A stretch of DNA of 62,355 nucleotides from an uncultured Tepidisphaeraceae bacterium. Lineage in GTDB: Bacteria; Planctomycetota; Phycisphaerae; Tepidisphaerales; Tepidisphaeraceae. Position 1 is the first letter of the stretch. Each line of letters starts with the position of its first letter. Under the pieces are notes generated by a model. That model was not told where the DNA came from, made no database searches, and was given only the letters and a program-made list of their open reading frames with translations. The DNA is taken from NCBI GenBank assembly GCA_964570205.1, contig CAZMXI010000004.1, positions 1 through 62,355 on the forward strand, in the 5' to 3' direction. Of the stretch, positions 9,021 to 18,231 are shown piece after piece. A program made the translations under genes and the position numbers.

Positions 9021-10577
9021 ATGGCGACGCTGGAGCAGGTGGCCGGGCGGCAGCGCACGACGGGCATATCCGGGGCGGGGATTGCGTTGCTGGCCGCGAT
9101 AGTGGTCGTGGGGATCGCGACTTGGGTTTCATTTCTGCTGCGTAACTCGAGCGGGACATTCGCCACGTATTGGCCGCTGGCGGTGCTGGGCGTGAGCGTA
9201 GGGCTGGTGGTCACGCTGATTACGGCGGTGCGGGTGCACGCATTCGTGGCGCTGATCGTGTCGGCTATGGCGGTGGGGTTCATGGCGCGTGTGGGGGCGT
9301 TGCCTGTGCCAATGGGGATCATGGGCAAGCCTTCGCCGCTGCACTGGGTGCGGGCCATCGAGTTGACGGCTGAGGGATTCGGCGGGACGGCGGCCAAGGT
9401 GGGCATCGTAATCGTGTTGGCGGCGATCATCGGAATGTGCCTGCTGGAGAGCGGCGCGGCCGACCGGGTGGTAAGGCAGTTTCTGCGGTGGTTCGGGGAA
9501 CGCAACGGCGGATTGGCGCTGCTGGCGGCGACGTACGTGGTGTCGATTCCGATCTTCTTTGACACGATATTCATGCTCCTGGTGCCGCTGGCGCACGCAA
9601 TGTACTGGCGGACGAAGCGGGATTATCTGCTGTACATCCTGGCCATCTGCTGCGCGGGGGTGATCACGCATTCGATGGTGATCCCGCATCCCGGGCCGCT
9701 GGCCATGGCGACCGACCTGCGGATCGATCCGGGGCTGACGATCTGGGTGGGGTTGCTGACGGGGATCGTGCCCGCCATTTGCGGGTGGATGGCGGCCAAA
9801 TGGATCAATGCGAGGATGCCGGTGACGCCACCAGAGGAGACACGGGCCGCGATGGAGAGCGCGGATTCGCCCGTGAACCGGCCTGACAGCGAGTTGCCGC
9901 CGCTGTGGGCAAGCGTGGTGCCGGTGCTGCTGCCCGTGGCGCTGATCGGAGCGGCATCGTTCCTGAGCGCATTCGGGAAGGATGCTTTGCCGGGGCTGAC
10001 GGCGTGGATGACCTTCGTGGGCGACAGGCACGTCGCGTTGCTGCTGGGCACCGCGTTCGCGATCTGGCTGGTGGTGCGGCAATGCGGGTGGAGCCTGGCG
10101 CAAGCGGGTGAGCGGATCGGCCCGCCGCTGGCCATGGCGGGCGTGGTGATTCTGATCACCAGCGCGGGCGGGGCATTTGGGGGCATGCTGAAGAACGCGG
10201 GGGTGGGGCATGCGATCAAGTCGGCGGCGGATGGGCAAGGGATCAACATGATCGTTCTGGCGTGGCTGGTGGCAATCGTGATCCGAATCGCGCAGGGTTC
10301 GGCGACGGTGGCGATGCTGTCGACCAGCTCGATGATGTATCCGCTGATGAGCGCGCCCGGGGCACTCGGATGTCACCCTGTGTACATCTTCCTGGCGATC
10401 GGGTACGGGGCCGTGGGCGTGTCGTGGATGAACGACAGCGGATTCTGGCTGGTCAGCCGGTTGGGCGGCTTCACCGAGCAGCAGACGCTGAAGAGTTGGA
10501 CGGTGCTGCTGTTCGTGATCTCGGTGGCCGGGCTGGGAACGACACTGGTGATGTCGATGCTGATCCCCGGCGTATGA
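9021..10577 (+). CDS. GntP-family permease (gluconate/organic-acid:H+ symporter family)
   Basis: 518 aa, polytopic. SIPIFFDTIFMLLVPLA and ...RIAQGSATVAM are typical of GntP. Confidence 0.9.
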   Translation: MATLEQVAGRQRTTGISGAGIALLAAIVVVGIATWVSFLLRNSSGTFATYWPLAVLGVSVGLVVTLITAVRVHAFVALIVSAMAVGFMARVGALPVPMGIMGKPSPLHWVRAIELTAEGFGGTAAKVGIVIVLAAIIGMCLLESGAADRVVRQFLRWFGERNGGLALLAATYVVSIPIFFDTIFMLLVPLAHAMYWRTKRDYLLYILAICCAGVITHSMVIPHPGPLAMATDLRIDPGLTIWVGLLTGIVPAICGWMAAKWINARMPVTPPEETRAAMESADSPVNRPDSELPPLWASVVPVLLPVALIGAASFLSAFGKDALPGLTAWMTFVGDRHVALLLGTAFAIWLVVRQCGWSLAQAGERIGPPLAMAGVVILITSAGGAFGGMLKNAGVGHAIKSAADGQGINMIVLAWLVAIVIRIAQGSATVAMLSTSSMMYPLMSAPGALGCHPVYIFLAIGYGAVGVSWMNDSGFWLVSRLGGFTEQQTLKSWTVLLFVISVAGLGTTLVMSMLIPGV

Positions 10578-10684
10578 GCGGGGTCTGTCGCACGCGGAGC
10601 AGACCGTCTGGGCCGCGCCGGCGTGCGGCTTGACTGAGCATGGGGCGGTGCGATACTGGCGGGCAATTCCTTTGAGGGTCCACT

Positions 10685-12175
10685 ATGCTGAAGATGATGT
10701 TGGTGCTGGCGGCGACGGTGTGCGTGGCGGTGTCGTGCCAGTCGAAGAATGCGCCCCAGCCGACGGAGGGGGCGGCCGACGGGTGGGTGTCGCTGTTCGA
10801 CGGCAAAACGCTGAACGGCTGGAAAGCCAACGAGAGCCCGGAGACATTCAAAGTTCGGGATGGGGCGATCGTGGCCAGCGGGCCCCGAGCCCACTTGTTT
10901 TATGTGGGCGATCTGCGCACCGCCAAGTTCAAGAGCTTTGAACTTAAGGTGGACGTTAAGGCGGGGGCGGGAGCCAACTCCGGCGTCTATTTCCACACGG
11001 CGTGGCAGGACGCCGGCTGGCTGGAGCAAGGCCTGGAAGTGCAGATCAACAACACGCAGCCCGAGCATGACGGTTATTACGAGTTCAAGAAGACGGGCAG
11101 CCTGTACGGCGTGCGCAACATCTTCAAACAGCTCATGAAGGATGAAGAATGGTTCACAATGCACATCATCGTGGAAGGCGCGCGGGTGCGGGTGAAGCTG
11201 AACGATCTGCTTGTGGTGGACTACACGGAACCCGAAGGGCTGAACCGCGGCGATTCCGGCCGGCGGCGGAACCTGGGCAGCGGCACATTTGCCCTGCAGG
11301 GGCATGATCCGGCCAGCCGGGTGATGTTCCGGAATATCATGGTTCGGCCGATCGACGTGGTGTTCGGGGTGCCGGCGAGCCCCGGCGGGGAGAAATACCC
11401 ACTGGTGAAGGCGCTGAGCACGGAGAGTTTTCCGATCATCGACTTCCACTCGCACCTCAAGGGAGGGCTGACCATCGAGCAACTGCTGGCGCATTCCCGG
11501 GCAACGGGCATCAGCTACGGCGTAGCGCCCAACTGCGGGTTGAACTTCCCGATCACCGACGATGCGGGGATCGAGCAGTTCATCCAGGGCATGAAGGGCC
11601 TGCCGGTGTGGTTGGGCATGCAGGCGGAGGGCCGCGAATGGGTGCACATGTTCTCGCCGGAGGCCGTGGCGAAGTTCGACTATGTGTTTTCTGACGCCAT
11701 GACGTTCACGGATGACAACGGCAAGCGCATGCGCATCTGGATCAAGGATGAGCTGGGGGAAATCGGCGACAAGCAGCAATGGATGGACATGTACGTCGAT
11801 CGGATCGTGAAAGTGATCAGCGACGAGCCGATCGACATCTATGCCAACGCGACGATCCTGCCGGCGCCTCTGGCAAAGGAATACGACCAGCTCTGGACGA
11901 CCGAGCGCATGATGAACGTGATCGACGCGGCGGTGGCCCATGGCGTGGCGATTGAGATCGGCGCCGCCAACCGCATCCCAAGCGAACGATTCATCAAGCT
12001 GGCCAAGGAAAAGGGCGCGAAATTCAGTCTCGGCACCAACAACGCCGGCAACGAACTGGGCAGCTTGGAATACGCCCTGCGAATGGTGCAGGCGTGCGGC
12101 CTGACGGGCAAGGACATGTTCATGCCCAAGCCCGACGGGCAGAAGCCGATCCAGGTGAAGGGGTTCAAGAAGTGA
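10685..12175 (+). CDS. lipoprotein: DUF1080 (3-keto-disaccharide hydrolase-like) domain fused to a PHP/metal-dependent hydrolase-like domain
   Basis: 496 aa. Lipobox VAVSC. N-terminal domain GWVSLFDGKTLNGWK...FELKVDVK..NSGVYFH. C-terminal domain IIDFHSHLKGG...AIEIGAANRIP. Confidence 0.8.
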   Translation: MLKMMLVLAATVCVAVSCQSKNAPQPTEGAADGWVSLFDGKTLNGWKANESPETFKVRDGAIVASGPRAHLFYVGDLRTAKFKSFELKVDVKAGAGANSGVYFHTAWQDAGWLEQGLEVQINNTQPEHDGYYEFKKTGSLYGVRNIFKQLMKDEEWFTMHIIVEGARVRVKLNDLLVVDYTEPEGLNRGDSGRRRNLGSGTFALQGHDPASRVMFRNIMVRPIDVVFGVPASPGGEKYPLVKALSTESFPIIDFHSHLKGGLTIEQLLAHSRATGISYGVAPNCGLNFPITDDAGIEQFIQGMKGLPVWLGMQAEGREWVHMFSPEAVAKFDYVFSDAMTFTDDNGKRMRIWIKDELGEIGDKQQWMDMYVDRIVKVISDEPIDIYANATILPAPLAKEYDQLWTTERMMNVIDAAVAHGVAIEIGAANRIPSERFIKLAKEKGAKFSLGTNNAGNELGSLEYALRMVQACGLTGKDMFMPKPDGQKPIQVKGFKK

Positions 12176-12205
12176 CCGGCGGCTGATGTCTGAGCCCGAC
12201 CCGGA

Positions 12206-13474
12206 ATGCCTATGCGGACCTCGCGGCGAGCGTTCTTGAAGGCGGCGGTGGCAACGCCGCTGATGGTCACATCGCCGGTCTTCGGCGATGCCGCACCGGG
12301 CGAGCCAATTCGCCTGGCGATTATCGGCATCGGCCGGTGCGGCGCCGCGCACCTGCGATCGCTGGCGGCGATGGAAGAGGTGCGCATCGTCGCGGTCTGC
12401 GATGTGGACGGCCATCGCCTGCGCATCGCCCACGCCCTGGTCCGGCGATTCGGGGTCAGGGCCTGCTTGGCGCTTCGCGATTTCCGCCAGGCGCTTGTCC
12501 GCGATGATGTCGATGCGGTGGTGATCGCCACGCCCGACCACTGGCATGCCGCCATGGCAGTGGCGGCGCTGAAGGCGGGCAAGCATGTCTACTGCGAGAC
12601 GCCGCTGGCGCATTCCATTGCCGAGGGACGAGCCGTGGCGGAGTTTGCGCGGCGATATGGCCGTGTGGTGCAGACCGGCAGCATCGCGCGGTCCATTCCC
12701 GCGGTCCGCCATGCCTGCGAAATGGTGCGAGGCGGCTGGATCGGGAGGCTTCATCGCGTGTGGTTGGGCCTGCCGGCCGACCGGCCGGATGTGGGCCTGC
12801 AGGCGGCCGCCCCGATCCCGCCCGAGCTTGATTACGAGATGTGGCTGGGTCCAGCGCCCTGGCGGCCGTACACCAAGGCGGGGTCGCACTTCAACTGGCG
12901 ATATCAGTATGACTTCGGCGGCGGTGAGATCGCCGACGGCGGCGCTCATGCGGCCGACATCGCCCTGTGGGGTGCCGGCCCGCTGCCGGACGGACCGATC
13001 GAGGTCGCAAGCCGTGGCCTTGCCGCGTTTTACCGAAACAGCCTGTTCGACACGGCCATTCAATACCATGTCGAGATGCGTTGCCCCGACGGATTACGTG
13101 TGATGGTGTCGAGCAACCGGCAGCGAGGGGTGAAATTCGAGGGCGATGACGGATGGGTTTTTGCCGGGTTGCCCGAAGGACATGTGACGGCGAGCCAGAC
13201 TTCGTTGCTAAGCGAGGTAATCCGCCCGGACCAGACACACCTTCACCAGAGCGACAACCATTTCGCGGACTTTGTCCGGGCCATCCGCACCGGCGATTCC
13301 GTCGCCGCCACGGCCGCCGACGGCCATGCCGCCGCGACGTTATGCCACCTCTGTAATATCGCCCTTCGGCTGGGACGGAAGGTGACGTGGCACACCCAAG
13401 TGGAGCGGTTCATCGATGATCCCGAAGCCCAGCGACTGACCGCCGCCGCCATGCGCGGCCCATGGGGCCTTTGA
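12206..13474 (+). CDS. Gfo/Idh/MocA-family oxidoreductase with twin-arginine signal
   Basis: 422 aa. TSRRAFLKAAVA is the TAT motif. RLAIIGIGRCGAAHL...IVAVCDVD is the Rossmann N-terminus. Confidence 0.9.
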   Translation: MPMRTSRRAFLKAAVATPLMVTSPVFGDAAPGEPIRLAIIGIGRCGAAHLRSLAAMEEVRIVAVCDVDGHRLRIAHALVRRFGVRACLALRDFRQALVRDDVDAVVIATPDHWHAAMAVAALKAGKHVYCETPLAHSIAEGRAVAEFARRYGRVVQTGSIARSIPAVRHACEMVRGGWIGRLHRVWLGLPADRPDVGLQAAAPIPPELDYEMWLGPAPWRPYTKAGSHFNWRYQYDFGGGEIADGGAHAADIALWGAGPLPDGPIEVASRGLAAFYRNSLFDTAIQYHVEMRCPDGLRVMVSSNRQRGVKFEGDDGWVFAGLPEGHVTASQTSLLSEVIRPDQTHLHQSDNHFADFVRAIRTGDSVAATAADGHAAATLCHLCNIALRLGRKVTWHTQVERFIDDPEAQRLTAAAMRGPWGL

Positions 13475-13536
13475 CGGCGAGAGGCGAATGCCGTTGCGCC
13501 CGCGCATCGCGGCGACCACAGTGTTAGAATCCGGAA

Positions 13537-14127
13537 ATGAAGCGCGACATCGAGCAGGTGCTCATTTCGCAGGAACAGATCGCCCGGCGCGTGGACGAAC
13601 TGGCCCGGCAGATCACGGGCGACTTCGCCCCGGGCGGACACGCGGAGGATGATGTCGAGATCACGATCGTTCCTTTGCTGACCGGCGCGATGATCTTCAC
13701 CGCGGACCTGATCCGTCGGATGCCGCTGCGGATGTGCATTGGGCTGCTGACGGTCAGCAGCTATCCCGGCACGAGCACGCGGACGCAAGGCTCGACGATC
13801 CTGGCGGACCAGATCGGCGAGGTGAGAAACCGACACGTGCTGCTGGTGGATGACATTCTCGACAGCGGTGGCACGATCGGCCTGGTCCGCCAGAAACTGC
13901 TGGCCATGCAGCCTGTGGTGGTGAAGACCTGCGTGCTGCTGCGCAAGCCGACGGCCGGGGCGGCCCAGACACCGGTGGATTACGTTGGATTTGACATCCC
14001 CGACGTGTTTGTGGTGGGGTATGGGTTGGACCTTGGCAATTACTACCGGAACCTGCCGGACATCGTAACCCTGGACCGGCGGGTGATCGAGGCGGCGTTG
14101 CAGCGGTCGGGAGCATTGGATAGATGA
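13537..14127 (+). CDS. hpt: hypoxanthine phosphoribosyltransferase
   Basis: 196 aa. VLLVDDILDSGGT is the PRPP-binding loop. Overall Hpt pattern. Confidence 0.9.
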   Translation: MKRDIEQVLISQEQIARRVDELARQITGDFAPGGHAEDDVEITIVPLLTGAMIFTADLIRRMPLRMCIGLLTVSSYPGTSTRTQGSTILADQIGEVRNRHVLLVDDILDSGGTIGLVRQKLLAMQPVVVKTCVLLRKPTAGAAQTPVDYVGFDIPDVFVVGYGLDLGNYYRNLPDIVTLDRRVIEAALQRSGALDR

Positions 14128-14807
14128 CCCATTCTTGGCCCAACCTGGTGGAGAAGGCCGAACGTCTGGCGCGATGGCGCCTCGGAAGCGATCCTGCGCA
14201 ACGGCGGCAGCCAGCGTCCCCTCCGCCACAGGCCACGCCGCAATCGCCCACCGAGGTCCATTCCGCCGAGGGCGGCGCCGCCACCGCCCGGCCCACGGTG
14301 TCAACGCCCATGGGTGCGCTGCTCGGCGGCCACATCCTGCGGGACGGCGAACTGGTGCTGCTGATCCTGCGGCCAAGCCGCTGGTTCATCCTGCTGACCT
14401 GCTACCGTAGCCTCGCCGCCATCATCGCCCTGACTGTGCTCGCCGCGGTGCTGGATGACCGCTTCGCCTATGCCGGCCACCAGTGGGCAATGGTGGGCGT
14501 GATCGTGGCGATGGGCCGCCTGACGTGGTCAGTCCTTCAATGGATGAGCAGGCTGTATATCTTGACGGATTTGCGGATCATCCGCCTGTCGGGAGTCTTC
14601 AGCGTGGATATCTATGATTGCGCTCTAAGGAAAGTGGCCAGGGCGATGCTGGAGGCCACCCCGAAAGAGCGGCTCTGCCGGATCGGCTCAATCACCATCA
14701 TCCCCCACGATGACCAATGCCCGCTGGGCTCGTGGCAGATGGTGCCCCGACCCAGAGACGTGCATGAGCAGGTGGCAAGGACGATCGCGCGAGCCAAGGG
14801 ACGATAG
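14124..14807 (+). CDS. membrane protein with bacterial PH (bPH_2/DUF304-like) domain
   Basis: 227 aa. ATGA overlap with the hpt stop. ILRDGELVLLILRPSRWFIL, two TM helices, then YILTDLRIIRLSG. Confidence 0.7.
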   Translation: MTHSWPNLVEKAERLARWRLGSDPAQRRQPASPPPQATPQSPTEVHSAEGGAATARPTVSTPMGALLGGHILRDGELVLLILRPSRWFILLTCYRSLAAIIALTVLAAVLDDRFAYAGHQWAMVGVIVAMGRLTWSVLQWMSRLYILTDLRIIRLSGVFSVDIYDCALRKVARAMLEATPKERLCRIGSITIIPHDDQCPLGSWQMVPRPRDVHEQVARTIARAKGR

Positions 14808-14848
14808 GCGCCCCGGCCGAGGGCGCCGCATGACGAGATGGATCACCT

Positions 14849-15601
14849 TCAGCCCGCGATCGGCGCGAAGTGAATCTTGGTTGGATGCAGATACGCAACG
14901 ACGCCGGCAACAGGCATTGCCGCAACCAATGGCAGACCGACCGCCAGCGGGTAATGCCACCACCTTGGCGGCCGCGCCGGCCGGTTCGCCGGGATGCAGT
15001 AGGCAGGCAGGTAGACCATCAAGCCGTACACGAAGACCCAGAAGCCGGCATTGGCAAGGTTCGCCAGGCCAAAGGAGCCGGCCTCGGCAAGGACGCCTGT
15101 CAGCCCGAACAGGATGAACACGGCGTCCGGTGAGAACCTTCGGCATGAGAGCAGGAACGCCCATGCAATGAACATGGGGACAAACACGATCACACTGTGG
15201 CAACAGACGACATCGATGTAATTGGCGCTGGCGGTAATGTAGGCAACCCCCACCGGAACTCCGAACACCGGGGCCAGATTGGTCATCATCGTCGTGATGG
15301 CTTCCTCCACCAGCGCCAGCAGGGTGCAGAACACGATGAACGTCAGACGCCAGTCCCAGGGAGCCCGCTGCACAAGCGCACGGACGCGATCACGGCCCAA
15401 ACGCATGAACGTGCCGCCCACAACGACCCAAAGCACCGTCAGCCCGACGACCATGAGCATGAGGGCCCGTGGCGCCGGCTTTCCACTCATGATGAGCACC
15501 GCTGAAACCAGCGAAGTGACCACGCCACCCCAGACGCCGAATGCAATGATCAGATGATATGCGGCAAAGCTCCGTGCATAACGGCCGAGGGGAAGGACCA
15601 T
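14849..15601 (-). CDS. polytopic integral membrane protein (hypothetical)
   Basis: 250 aa with about 7 hydrophobic helices. High GC3. I recognise no family. Confidence 0.65.
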   Translation of the reverse strand: MVLPLGRYARSFAAYHLIIAFGVWGGVVTSLVSAVLIMSGKPAPRALMLMVVGLTVLWVVVGGTFMRLGRDRVRALVQRAPWDWRLTFIVFCTLLALVEEAITTMMTNLAPVFGVPVGVAYITASANYIDVVCCHSVIVFVPMFIAWAFLLSCRRFSPDAVFILFGLTGVLAEAGSFGLANLANAGFWVFVYGLMVYLPAYCIPANRPARPPRWWHYPLAVGLPLVAAMPVAGVVAYLHPTKIHFAPIAG

Positions 15602-15733
15602 GACCTCCCAGTGTAGTCGGCCGACACCGGAGCCGAAACGTCGTTCGGATGGAATGTGTTCCAGCTACATGAATCTGTGGCACGGCGAAAGCGAGACGAC
15701 GATCGATGCCTGCTCGCCTTCGCGGCACGGCCC

Positions 15734-16165
15734 TCAGTCAACCGCCAGGCGCGGGGCGTCGGGATCGACGGCGAAGCCTTCCTTGGCGCATTTCGGGCAA
15801 TGCGTGATCTCCGCGGGCGAGCGAATCTCCATGAAACCGCCTTCGCATCCCGGACATCGGAACACCCGCCGCACCTGGCCCGTTGCGGGGTTCCACACCT
15901 CCGCCAGCGGCTTGGGCGGGGCGACCACCTTGTCCACCAGCAAAGCGCCCTCCCTCGTCCATGTCACCGTTTGAACCTTCTGGCACCTGTGGCAATATCC
16001 GGTCACCGCTTCGAACATCTTCCCCCCGCCGAAGACGATCGTGGGCTTGTGGCCGCACTGGCTGTCAGCACATTTAAAGCCAAAGCCATCCCCGGCCAGG
16101 ACCGTTGCCGCAATTCCCGCCAACACCACGATCGCCACGCCCGCCCGCTTCCTGCCGTACCACAT
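15734..16165 (-). CDS. membrane-anchored double zinc-ribbon protein (hypothetical)
   Basis: Start moved to MWYGRKRAGVAIVVLAG, with AAAGGAG 7 nt upstream. Four Cys pairs: CADSQC, CHRC, CPGC, CPKC. Confidence 0.6.
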   Translation of the reverse strand: MWYGRKRAGVAIVVLAGIAATVLAGDGFGFKCADSQCGHKPTIVFGGGKMFEAVTGYCHRCQKVQTVTWTREGALLVDKVVAPPKPLAEVWNPATGQVRRVFRCPGCEGGFMEIRSPAEITHCPKCAKEGFAVDPDAPRLAVD

Positions 16166-16312
16166 CACAAGGCTCCTTTCACGCCGGGCGACGATGCGCC
16201 GCCGGCACCCGTTTGACGCCGCCGCGTTCCGCCGGTTCCACACCGCACGATTTGCCGGATCGGCCCCTGACATGGCTCTCTGAACGAGTACCAGAGACTG
16301 CGGCACAGACAA

Positions 16313-16344
16313 GAAGCCTGGAGACGGCGAGATCTCCAGGCTTC
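16313..16344 (-). terminator. hairpin downstream of rpsD (candidate terminator)
   Basis: 12-bp stem (16313-16324 with 16333-16344), 8-nt loop. On the minus strand it is followed by TTGTCTGTG, a weak U tract. Confidence 0.4.
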
Positions 16345-16370
16345 CAGAAATCGCTGTAACGGATGTTGGA

Positions 16371-16967
16371 CTATCGATAGAACTCGATGATCAGGTTCAT
16401 GTTCACTTCGAAAGGCACATCCTCGACGTTCGGCATCTGCAGCACCTTGGCAGTGAGCTGGGCGGGGTTGAATTCCAGCCAACCGGGAACATTGTGCCCG
16501 GCCGCCTGCTCCATATTGTCACGGAGGACCTTGTGGATGCCTTCCTTGAATGTGATCGTCTGTCCAGGCTGAACCTGGTAGCTGGCGATATCGGTCTTCC
16601 GCCCGTCGACGATGACGTGGCCGTGGGCCACTATCTGCCGGCAGGCCCAGATGGTCCGCCCGACGCCCAGCCGGCGCAAGACGTTGTCCAGCCGGCATTC
16701 CAGAAGTTGGATCATCGTGTTGGCCGTATTGCCCTTGGACCGCTTGGCGATTGTCAGGAACCGGCGGAACTGCTTTTCCATCATCGCGTAATGGAAACGC
16801 AGCTTCTGTTTCTCGGCCAGGCGGACGCCATACTCGGTGTTTCGCCGACCGCGATAACCATGCATCCCGGGAAGATTCAGCTCCTTGGCTGTGTGCTTGG
16901 GGATATCCGCGATGGGAACGCCAACGCGACGGGACAGTCTAACCTTCGGGCCGGTGTATCGGCTCAT
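16371..16967 (-). CDS. rpsD: 30S ribosomal protein S4
   Basis: Start moved to MSRYTGPKVRLSRR. The full-length S4 pattern ends in ...LIIEFYR. Confidence 0.95.
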   Translation of the reverse strand: MSRYTGPKVRLSRRVGVPIADIPKHTAKELNLPGMHGYRGRRNTEYGVRLAEKQKLRFHYAMMEKQFRRFLTIAKRSKGNTANTMIQLLECRLDNVLRRLGVGRTIWACRQIVAHGHVIVDGRKTDIASYQVQPGQTITFKEGIHKVLRDNMEQAAGHNVPGWLEFNPAQLTAKVLQMPNVEDVPFEVNMNLIIEFYR

Positions 16968-16998
16968 GGCAGGGCTTTCCACGGGCCCGGAACGGCCC

Positions 16999-17056
16999 GC
17001 TCAAAACACGCGCAGCGCCTGAATCGCTGCCGGAACAGCTCCAGCTCAAAACACGC
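16999..17056 (-). repeat. 13-nt direct repeat GCTCAAAACACGC x2 (45-nt period) in the rpsD 5' leader
   Basis: Identical 13-mers at 16999-17011 and 17044-17056, each preceded by CCN. They lie 32-89 nt upstream of the rpsD start. Confidence 0.5.
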
Positions 17057-17384
17057 AGGCGACTGATGCGCTTTTCCCCGGCGGCATGGTTTCGAGGCAT
17101 GCGACCGAGCTTTCCTTCCCACGGGAAGGAGGTGCGGATTATAGCGGCTCGGGCCTCATCAGCAAGCTGGCTGCGACCGATAGGATCGGGTTTCGCCATG
17201 CGCGCCGAAGCACCATTTGGCAATCGCACGGACGGAGAATGCACGAAGCAGCCACGGCGTCTCACGATCGACAATTCGCTCGTATCAATTTGGCAATTAA
17301 AGATTTACCGCCACATGACCACCGCCCGCAAACAAACCGGATTTGATCTCGCAGCCGCAACGCTCTAGGTTAGGAACCCAAGCC

Positions 17385-18191
17385 ATGAAATGCACCAAGA
17401 ATATCGGCCTGGCCAACGTGCAGGAGGTCTATACGGGTCCGGAAGGCGACCTGTGGGAGCTGATTATGGGGGAACAGATCCACATCGGCGGCCTCGTTTC
17501 ATCCATGGACCTGGCGGAGCGGGCGGGTATCGCACCGGGCTCCAGGGGCGTCGATTTCTGCTGCTGCACCGGAGCGGGGATGCGATTCTTGATCCGATTT
17601 CGACAAGTGGCGGAGATGACAGGCGTGGATGCGACGCCCCACGTTGTCCAGCGCGGCATTCAGCGATGTCGCGATGCGGGCATGGCGGACCGCATCCGCT
17701 TCGTCCTGGCCGACGCATGCTCCAGCGGCCTGCCGTCGGCCAGCGCCGACTTCGCCTGGGCCGAAGATGCTTGGTGTTACGTGGTAGACAAGCCGCGCCT
17801 GATCTGCGAGGCCGCCCGAGTCGTCCGCCCCGGCGGCACGGTCGCATTCACCGACTGGGTGGAGGGCCCGGCGGGGCTGACTGACGCTGAGGCCGATCGC
17901 CTGCTCCAGTTCATGAAGTTCCCGGCCATCCTGGACATCGACCATTATGCAGCTCTTCTGCAGGAGGCGGGCTGCAGCGTGCTGGTCGCCGAGGACACGA
18001 AGCGGTTCCCAATCTACGTGGATCTCTACCTCAATATGCTGAATCTGCAGCTCACGTATGATGCCCTGCGAATCATCGGATTTGACACGGCATTGATGCA
18101 GGCCTTGAGCGGCGAGATGCGGTTCATGCGGGAACTGGCTCACGCGCGGAAGATCGCCCAGGGCGTCTTCGTGGCAAGGAAGACGGGATAA
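17385..18191 (+). CDS. class I SAM-dependent methyltransferase
   Basis: Start moved to MKCTKN. VDFCCCTGAGMRFL is motif I and VVRPGGTVAFTDW is the post-II region, giving a type-11/12-like fold. Confidence 0.85.
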   Translation: MKCTKNIGLANVQEVYTGPEGDLWELIMGEQIHIGGLVSSMDLAERAGIAPGSRGVDFCCCTGAGMRFLIRFRQVAEMTGVDATPHVVQRGIQRCRDAGMADRIRFVLADACSSGLPSASADFAWAEDAWCYVVDKPRLICEAARVVRPGGTVAFTDWVEGPAGLTDAEADRLLQFMKFPAILDIDHYAALLQEAGCSVLVAEDTKRFPIYVDLYLNMLNLQLTYDALRIIGFDTALMQALSGEMRFMRELAHARKIAQGVFVARKTG

Positions 18192-18231
18192 GGGCCGAAA
18201 CTGCGACGAAGAGCATCGCGAGCTTGCGGGT

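Noticed and set aside
10373-13069. 898-aa minus-strand ORF spanning three plus-strand genes
   Set aside because: It is antisense to the well-supported DUF1080-PHP, Gfo/Idh/MocA and GntP genes. The translation is R/H/P/G/A-rich with no motifs. This is a typical high-GC shadow ORF.
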